From IMG/VR virus record IMGVR_UViG_3300042924_005659: 64,000 bases of DNA. One strand, 5' to 3'. The notes beneath the pieces are model-generated. The model saw only the letters and a program-made list of their open reading frames with translations. It was not told the DNA's origin and did no database searches. The stretch is from a virus. A program made the translations under genes and the position numbers. Shown here piece by piece: positions 57,728 to 64,000 of the stretch. Every line of letters begins with the position of its first letter. The first letter of the stretch is position 1.

Positions 57728-58602
57728 GGCGTGAGTACCTCGCTGCCACACTGAGTCTTGATTACCTTGTAATGAGAGTATGGCGCAGCAAGAGCCAAAG
57801 AACTCTGCTTGCCAAACACTCCGGACATATCAGGGCCAAACCAGTCTATGGCTTTATTGGCAATAAACTCGTAGCCAGGCATTCTGGAGCCCATACCTAA
57901 TAAGAATTGTCCAAGTCCTCGCAACTGTCTACCGAAGCTACCCATGCCGGAAGTCCAGTCATCGATCTTATTGGACATATGCGTAGTGGCAGCATTTGCC
58001 ATTAAAGATCTAACCAACGGAGAGTTTCTATCCAAGCTACCCATGATAGCTTGTGGCATCTGGCTAAACTGCTGATTTGCAGCGCTTTGCCCTACTACTG
58101 TTCCTAGCTGTGCTCCAGATCGCAATCCAAATGGATCCCATTGCCCGCTAGCCGTAGTGGCAAAAGGATTGGCATTTAGTCTAGTTGCACCTGCCGCTAC
58201 TCCCTGGAGAGTTGGTCCCGCTCCAAGTCTTGCAGCATTGGTGTATCCGCCTACTGCTTGGACTGGATCTATACCTTGCAGCAATTGACCTGCGTATGGG
58301 CTGAAGTTACCAGAAGCAAATCCTCTAACTGCTGCAGGATCCTGAGACATCTGCAGTGCTCTTTGCCCCAAGGAGCTAAGTCCTTGCATGTACTCAGGAC
58401 TGAATCCCCGGGTTTTAATTGCTTGATTGTATTCCGCAGATCCTGGTCTTAAATGGCCATAGGCCTGCAGATCCTTGGATAGAGCAGAGCCCCAAGCCTG
58501 AGTATCAGTAGGAGATACATTAGGAGGCATAAGACTGCCTTGAAAGGCAGGCGGAGTGTAGGCTTGCTTTATTAGAAATTGTTTAAGCAGGGGATCCATC
58601 AC
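57712..58602 (-). CDS. Gly/Ala/Gln-rich putative internal or ejection protein
   Basis: LLKQFLIKQAY start; low-complexity body; amphipathic C-terminal helices. Confidence 0.45.
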   Translation of the reverse strand: MMDPLLKQFLIKQAYTPPAFQGSLMPPNVSPTDTQAWGSALSKDLQAYGHLRPGSAEYNQAIKTRGFSPEYMQGLSSLGQRALQMSQDPAAVRGFASGNFSPYAGQLLQGIDPVQAVGGYTNAARLGAGPTLQGVAAGATRLNANPFATTASGQWDPFGLRSGAQLGTVVGQSAANQQFSQMPQAIMGSLDRNSPLVRSLMANAATTHMSNKIDDWTSGMGSFGRQLRGLGQFLLGMGSRMPGYEFIANKAIDWFGPDMSGVFGKQSSLALAAPYSHYKVIKTQCGSEVLTPWNHR

Positions 58603-58831
58603 GTAAGTCCATTTTGTGCAGAGCTACCTGCTCCGGAGTCATTCCTGTAATCTGCTGTACTTCCTTGGCAAAATCCGGCAAACCTAAATGCGTAAATTTA
58701 TAGGTGCCGGCTGCAGTCTCGGTAACAGCAAACACTACTCTGTCTTGGTCGTCGTAAATCAAAATCGAAGCCAGTTCTTTTTCATACTTGGCCGGAATCA
58801 GAACGTTTCGTTTTTGAGTACGTGCTCTCAT
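58583..58831 (-). CDS. Small hypothetical protein
   Basis: 82 aa in-operon ORF overlapping its neighbours. Confidence 0.5.
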   Translation of the reverse strand: MRARTQKRNVLIPAKYEKELASILIYDDQDRVVFAVTETAAGTYKFTHLGLPDFAKEVQQITGMTPEQVALHKMDLRDGSPA

Positions 58832-59286
58832 CAGCGCAGTAGATCCGTTATTGATCGCATCAAAACAGTAAAGTCTTCCGACTCATCAGATGCCTGAGCA
58901 ACCATACCTGGCGGAGGAGCTGCAGGCAAACCCATTGCGGCGGGATCCATCATGGCAGGATCCATTGGAGGCATAGGCGCAGGAGCAGGCATTCCAGCAG
59001 GAGCCATTGCCTGCATCATGGCTACCTGAGCGTCCATGACTTGTTGCAGCATTGCTTTGATATTGGAGATTTCTCCAACGATATCCATTGGTGGAGGCAT
59101 ACCCCCAGCCATAGCGGGATCCATTGGTGGAGGCATACCCCCAGCCATAGCGGGATCCATTGGTGGAGGCATACCCCCAGCCATAGCGGGATCCATTGGT
59201 GGGGCGGGCATAGGAGGCATTTGCCCACCTGGGGCAGCTACCACAGCCTTTTTGGAAGAAAAAAGTTCTAGATATGGATCGACCAT
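58831..59286 (-). CDS. Met/Pro-rich low-complexity protein with a central coiled coil
   Basis: (PPPMDPAMAGGM)x3, then IVGEISNIKAMLQQVMDAQVAMMQ, then more MDPAM motifs. Confidence 0.6.
   Translation of the reverse strand: MVDPYLELFSSKKAVVAAPGGQMPPMPAPPMDPAMAGGMPPPMDPAMAGGMPPPMDPAMAGGMPPPMDIVGEISNIKAMLQQVMDAQVAMMQAMAPAGMPAPAPMPPMDPAMMDPAAMGLPAAPPPGMVAQASDESEDFTVLMRSITDLLR
59083..59202. repeat. Perfect 36-bp tandem repeat, 3 copies plus 12 nt
   Basis: ATCCATTGGTGGAGGCATACCCCCAGCCATAGCGGG at 59083, 59119 and 59155, partial at 59191; in-frame coding. Confidence 0.95.
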
Positions 59287-59324
59287 AGAGTACCTATTTT
59301 ACTAAATTTGCAATAAAGGGACAC

Positions 59325-62300
59325 TTACCTACGCCCAATTTCTATATTTGGACCTGGGTTTATTTCTCCATCAGCTATACCGCCTACTTCTGGGAAAACT
59401 TGAACAATAAGGCCAGGTCTTGAGTAGGTTATCTTTGGCGCAGATGGAGGTTTGATAATAAATGCTGGAATACATACTTCAGTCTTAGACACTGTCAGTA
59501 TATTGCTAACTCCGAGGAACGTATTCACGGTACGCAAGGTTGGAGTATTTACGCGACTTACTGCAGAAGCCTGACCACTTAGGGAGATGGTTGGACTTAG
59601 TGAACCTGTTACTGCCAGCTTGCACTCTATCAACGCAAACTTAATAGTAATGTAGGCTCCCAAAGATGCAGAAAGTCGGCTAATGCAATTAATTGGCAGC
59701 GGTACAGTACCGGGCGACAAGACTGTTAAATCCGGTGGAAGATCAGAAACTCCGAGACATCCGTAGACCGGATCGCAATCCGCTGGCGCGAAGAGACCCA
59801 ATTTCGAGCTAGCAGATCCTCTGAGCCCCATGTTTACCTTGCAGAAAACTGAGCCTGTGGTCAAAGCAGGAGTCAAAGGCGCAGCGGGCAGCGCTCTTTG
59901 CTTTGGCAATGAAACAGACGCTACATTGCATATCGCTGCTATCGCCTTAGTAGGCATTATCTTTGTAGTGCTATTTGGACTTAGATCGGCCGCAGCAACT
60001 AAAGATGTTGCAGCGATAGGTAGCGTCAACGCATTTGTGGTTACTCCTACCGTGAATCCAAACTCCGCCAAGATAGGAGCATGATTGACTTCGATGCTTC
60101 CCGTAGCGGTGGTGCGCTTGCTGTTATGCTTTAATCCTAGCTCAAACATACCAAGCCACGTTTCGGCTCGTCCGTTATTTGCAGTCAATCTATTGGAGTC
60201 GAGCGTTAGGAAAGGATCATCCAGCAGATCCAAACTATAGATCGAGCTTAGAGTGTCGTAGCTAGCAGGAGCTGCCTTGTACGGGTGATTGTTTGGCAGA
60301 TTGGCCTGTAGATTAAACTTGTGGGCCAAGTAGCCTTCGACGATTTGAATGTCCTCGTCGCTAAGGCGTCCTTCGACCACTACGACCTCTGCATAAGTAT
60401 CATTAGTATCGTGGAGATTGACTGTGGTTGTGCCTGTTGTGCCGGCAATTCCTCCGCCTAGGTGATATCCAACGCCTATACCAGTAGCTGGCATATAAGT
60501 AGTCGCGTTCTGCACGTTCCATGTAGTGACTGGCGTGCCATTGACTCTCAGGCCTCTATCTGCCAACCCCCCATAATAGCCACACAATACTCCAGGATTA
60601 GTGTTCACTGCCGTAGCTGCCGTATCGTATGTAGATCCCATGAAGAGCACTGGTCTGCCTAAGCCAAATCCAATTCCTTGTACCTTGGGATTTCCTGCTC
60701 CAGGTAGAGCATACTTTCCTATAGCTGCGTGTATATCTGCAGCGTTTGCAGGCTTTTGATACACCAGGAAATAGGTAAATGAGGATTCGGCCACTGAGGC
60801 AGGGGCATATAGCTTGTCCGCAGTACTGTTATCGAACTGTGCGCCTCGGAAGGACGTATTGAATGTAGCGACATTGGGTTGCGCTGCAGGAACGCCTTCA
60901 GCTAAGGTAATCGATTCAGTCGTAATGCTATTAGACCAACTGGAAATAGCTTGACCTACCGTAGAGGACAAGCTTTCGTATTTAAACCAAGCTCTGACTC
61001 CTAGATTTGCAGGAGTTACAGGCCCAGGATTAGCAACTCTTCCGCCAGTCCTTGCTGAACGAAGATCTGACCCTACATACTCGAGTTTAGCGCTTCCTCC
61101 GTAAGTGTTACGAATGAAGCTAGGAGAAATAAAGTCATTTGACGAGCTCAGCGTAATTGCCGAAGCATTGTCTGACGCCGACGTAACACGTACAGATCCA
61201 TAGGAATTCAGAATAGTCGATTCAAAGCCCGTGCCATTCTTGGCTGCAATTACAAAGTCCGCCGGCTGGCTTAGATCCGAGCCCATATTGGATCCGTCGC
61301 GGAATACTCTTTGAATGCCGATCTTGGAGTCCAGATTCAAGGCAAACAACGAAGCAGAGTTTACTGTGCAGGATACTCCGCGAGGAACAATGCTTAGAAC
61401 GTACTGAGAGTCTAGGAATGTTGCAGCACCTGGCCAAGTATCGAGGGCTAGGAACGTTTCAGCAAAGTGAACAGGATCGTTGATTGAATACAACGAGGAC
61501 TGCCCTACTGCAGAGAATCGGCGGATCGTCGTCTTCTGGCCGTCGAAGTATCTGTCGAGGTATACGTCTACAGACCAAGAATCTGTAACTCCTGGAATTC
61601 CAGAAATATAAGACAAAGCAATATTGGAATAGTCGAACTGCTGCAGTCTTGGTAAGACGTCCTGCAAAGACTCATCTGGCAAAGAGAAATACTGTTTTTG
61701 CGCAGTATTGACTTTGTAGAACTCTGGGTTAAGAGACGTAGACACGTCATCGTAGCCCCACTGTACTAAGTCTCCAGTGCTCTTCAGTGCATATATCTGC
61801 CCTCTGTAGGTATCTAGCTGAGAGACAACGTCGCCAAATATAAGACCCGACGAGGCCACGTTACGAATTGCAAGAGCCTCTGCCGGAGGAGAGTATAGAA
61901 GCGCGTTACAGCTAGCAGGCACTAGGTCTCCGCCAAATACGATAACTTCGTCATCTGTACTTACGATTACGCTATAGCCTGCCCCATATGGGAATCTGGT
62001 GCTTCTTTGGAAGTGGTATTGGTATCGCCCCGCAGCCACCAGCTTAGCCTTCCTGCTACCGCCTCTACGGAATGCAGTAGGTACGTTAGTGGCATTTGAT
62101 ATTGTGCCTTGCCGCACGCCAAATCCTAGTAAGGCCTGTACAGCCTCTACTACAGGCTCTCTATTTGGATAAATTTCTGATATAGGGGCGTTTATAGCAT
62201 AAGGGTGATCTAATGGCAGTATGGCTGGGCACAAAGCTCCAGCCCGGTGAATAATGTATCCCTCTAGCCTATCGCTATAGTTAGTTCTGTAGCTAGGATC

Positions 62301-64000
62301 ATCGGGAGTCTTCTCGCTCAACGAGTTATCTACAAACGCAACTACTCTTTGATCTGTACTTCCCGTACCTCCAACGTAACTGGTAATTTCGAATCCAGTC
62401 GACGTCATTGCATACGCGGTGAACTCGCCGCCTGCGACAGCCGGGCAATTGAATCCCTTATTTTCTCCAGAGTAGGAGAAGCCTGGTACATTGCATTGGC
62501 CCTTGCTGTTATCTCCGAAGGCTAAAATATCTCCGGCATTGACTGCAAAAGTACCGCCTGGCACAAATTGAGAGTAGCTTGAAGAGGCTCTGCCGACTAT
62601 GTGTGCTTTACCTGCACTTACAGTTGAGAATTGAATATCGAAATAAGGAGCCGGAATAGTCGATATAGAGCCCCAGGCAAGCAGCTTGTTAGTGGATGCG
62701 TTTATGGCTACGGTGAAGGTATCTCCGCAAGCAACCATAGAGTACGTGCCTGCGGGACTGACAGCCTGTCCTTGCGTGTTGCTACCCCAGCACGCCACTG
62801 TCCCATCTGCTCTTAATGCTGCAGCGTGGCGATTTCTGGAACTTACCGATGTAAAAGTGCTGCCAGTTGGGACAGTCAAAGCACCGTCTGAACCGGCACT
62901 ACCCCAAGCAACCAGAGTTCCTTGTGTAGCGTTGTACGTGGCTGCCTTGATTGCGTAGTAAGAATTGCTGCCTGCGGCAACGGCAATTGCGTGCTCAAGC
63001 CCGGTTAGCTGGGAGCTGGAGTAGTATCTACTCGTGGTCTTAGCTCTTATAGATGCAGGAATTGCGTTATATGCTGCAGTGAACTCTGCTTGAGTTGGCG
63101 CAGCAACAACAACATGTTTGTATGGGCCTACTTGAGTAATGGTAGTAGGGTTAAAAGATACAGTGCGTCTAGTGTTTGCATCTGGTACCGCTGTGTAGTA
63201 CGGCGCACCAGTATCTCCCCAAGAAACCATGGTTCCACCTGTACCCGTCGTACGAACAGCGACAGCGTAGTACGAGGACCAACCAGTGCCTAGCTTGATA
63301 TAGGATCCTGCTGGAGTGCTAGTGACTAGAGTTCCATACCAGTCCGCTCCCCACGAAGCTAAAGTATTATCGGACTTAATTGCTACAGTGTGATAGTAGC
63401 CTGCGGCGATATCCAAACATCCAGTGCCCAATCCGACAGGATTCGTGGTCTGCCCATGGCCATTATCGCCCCAGCAAACTACTGCACCATTAGACTTGAG
63501 AGCAACAGTGTGATAGGCGCCAGCAACTATCTTTACAACGTTAGATTGAGCGTTGACCGGTACGTTCAACTGACCTGAGCCATTGTCACCCCAGCAGACA
63601 ACTTTACCATTAGTTGTAAGGGCAGCAAAGTGTCTCTTACCGCCAACTACTTTAGTACATACTCCTAAATCTGAGGGGGGTGTCAATAAGCCATCGTAGT
63701 CTGCTCCCCAGCAGACTACCGTACCATCTGTTTGCTTTATACCTGCAGCAGTGTATTCAGCTATGGCTACATCGGTGAAGTCAAAATTGGGAACACTTCG
63801 TATCGGGGCAGGTAGATTACCTCCATTAAATCCAACTACAGTAGCGCGAGAGTCGGACTTAAGAACAATAGATCCCTCTATAGCGCTAACTACTTTTTGA
63901 CAGGTAATAGATATATCTGCCGCATCTGCTCTTTGAGAGTTGTAGTTCTGGCCCCAGCTAAAAATAGTGTTATTGGACTTAACTGCATAGGCGCACTTCT
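59325..64000 (-). CDS. Large RCC1-repeat / LamG-like adhesin-type protein, 5' truncated by the window edge
   Basis: Many RCC1-like repeats (VAAGYYHTVAIKSD..L..WG). The frame stays open beyond the track's TTG start to the window end (KCAYAVKSNNTIFSWGQN...GTVVCWGADYDGLLTPP). A LamG-like region ends EGYLAHKFNLQANLPNNHPYK. Confidence 0.8.
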   Translation of the reverse strand, partial: KCAYAVKSNNTIFSWGQNYNSQRADAADISITCQKVVSAIEGSIVLKSDSRATVVGFNGGNLPAPIRSVPNFDFTDVAIAEYTAAGIKQTDGTVVCWGADYDGLLTPPSDLGVCTKVVGGKRHFAALTTNGKVVCWGDNGSGQLNVPVNAQSNVVKIVAGAYHTVALKSNGAVVCWGDNGHGQTTNPVGLGTGCLDIAAGYYHTVAIKSDNTLASWGADWYGTLVTSTPAGSYIKLGTGWSSYYAVAVRTTGTGGTMVSWGDTGAPYYTAVPDANTRRTVSFNPTTITQVGPYKHVVVAAPTQAEFTAAYNAIPASIRAKTTSRYYSSSQLTGLEHAIAVAAGSNSYYAIKAATYNATQGTLVAWGSAGSDGALTVPTGSTFTSVSSRNRHAAALRADGTVACWGSNTQGQAVSPAGTYSMVACGDTFTVAINASTNKLLAWGSISTIPAPYFDIQFSTVSAGKAHIVGRASSSYSQFVPGGTFAVNAGDILAFGDNSKGQCNVPGFSYSGENKGFNCPAVAGGEFTAYAMTSTGFEITSYVGGTGSTDQRVVAFVDNSLSEKTPDDPSYRTNYSDRLEGYIIHRAGALCPAILPLDHPYAINAPISEIYPNREPVVEAVQALLGFGVRQGTISNATNVPTAFRRGGSRKAKLVAAGRYQYHFQRSTRFPYGAGYSVIVSTDDEVIVFGGDLVPASCNALLYSPPAEALAIRNVASSGLIFGDVVSQLDTYRGQIYALKSTGDLVQWGYDDVSTSLNPEFYKVNTAQKQYFSLPDESLQDVLPRLQQFDYSNIALSYISGIPGVTDSWSVDVYLDRYFDGQKTTIRRFSAVGQSSLYSINDPVHFAETFLALDTWPGAATFLDSQYVLSIVPRGVSCTVNSASLFALNLDSKIGIQRVFRDGSNMGSDLSQPADFVIAAKNGTGFESTILNSYGSVRVTSASDNASAITLSSSNDFISPSFIRNTYGGSAKLEYVGSDLRSARTGGRVANPGPVTPANLGVRAWFKYESLSSTVGQAISSWSNSITTESITLAEGVPAAQPNVATFNTSFRGAQFDNSTADKLYAPASVAESSFTYFLVYQKPANAADIHAAIGKYALPGAGNPKVQGIGFGLGRPVLFMGSTYDTAATAVNTNPGVLCGYYGGLADRGLRVNGTPVTTWNVQNATTYMPATGIGVGYHLGGGIAGTTGTTTVNLHDTNDTYAEVVVVEGRLSDEDIQIVEGYLAHKFNLQANLPNNHPYKAAPASYDTLSSIYSLDLLDDPFLTLDSNRLTANNGRAETWLGMFELGLKHNSKRTTATGSIEVNHAPILAEFGFTVGVTTNALTLPIAATSLVAAADLSPNSTTKIMPTKAIAAICNVASVSLPKQRALPAAPLTPALTTGSVFCKVNMGLRGSASSKLGLFAPADCDPVYGCLGVSDLPPDLTVLSPGTVPLPINCISRLSASLGAYITIKFALIECKLAVTGSLSPTISLSGQASAVSRVNTPTLRTVNTFLGVSNILTVSKTEVCIPAFIIKPPSAPKITYSRPGLIVQVFPEVGGIADGEINPGPNIEIGRR

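Noticed and set aside
59083-59202. 36-bp repeats as a CRISPR array
   Set aside because: The repeats are head-to-tail with no spacers, are in frame within a gene, and no cas genes are present.
59290-59315. TTGCAA / TAAAAT hexamers upstream of 58831..59286 as a sigma70 promoter
   Set aside because: Spacing is only 6 nt and the box does not match the TRCTATAAT consensus; at best a weak -10.
681-63578. Numerous plus-strand ORFs and short nested minus-strand ORFs in the track
   Set aside because: All lie antisense to or inside long, motif-bearing, translationally coupled minus-strand genes and show no recognisable motifs; treated as shadow ORFs.
1-64000. Alternative genetic code (stop-codon reassignment) as in some jumbo phages
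   Set aside because: Long genes are intact under the standard code, and TAA, TAG and TGA all terminate genes with tight start/stop coupling.

Overview
The whole 64 kb is one tightly packed, single-strand (all real genes on the minus strand) virion-morphogenesis region of a large (jumbo-type) contractile-tailed phage. In transcription order (right to left) it holds: a partial RCC1/LamG-like adhesin; a head module with a stand-alone, cysteine-free C-terminal half of an RNA polymerase beta-prime subunit, several Gly/Met/Pro-rich putative internal or ejection proteins, prohead protease, scaffold, decoration protein and HK97-fold major capsid; two paralogous head-proximal proteins; neck/adaptor genes (one fused to collagen); an accessory fibre cassette with a SAM methyltransferase; tail terminator, sheath, tube, central spike, tail assembly chaperone with a -1 slippery site and tape measure; a baseplate block with a sigma70-family factor embedded in it; five tandem paralogous baseplate/fibre-associated genes; and a very Cys-rich module followed by a truncated glycosyltransferase-like gene. 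The most notable signals are a K-x-A motif strongly enriched only in head-module proteins (candidate protease processing code), the split Zn-less RNAP subunit plus sigma factor inside structural operons, recurrent TRCTATAAT promoter boxes and GAAA-loop hairpins after high-copy genes. No portal, terminase, tRNA, rRNA, CRISPR array, reverse transcriptase or integrase was recognised. All family assignments come from motif recognition by eye and gene order; no database search was run.
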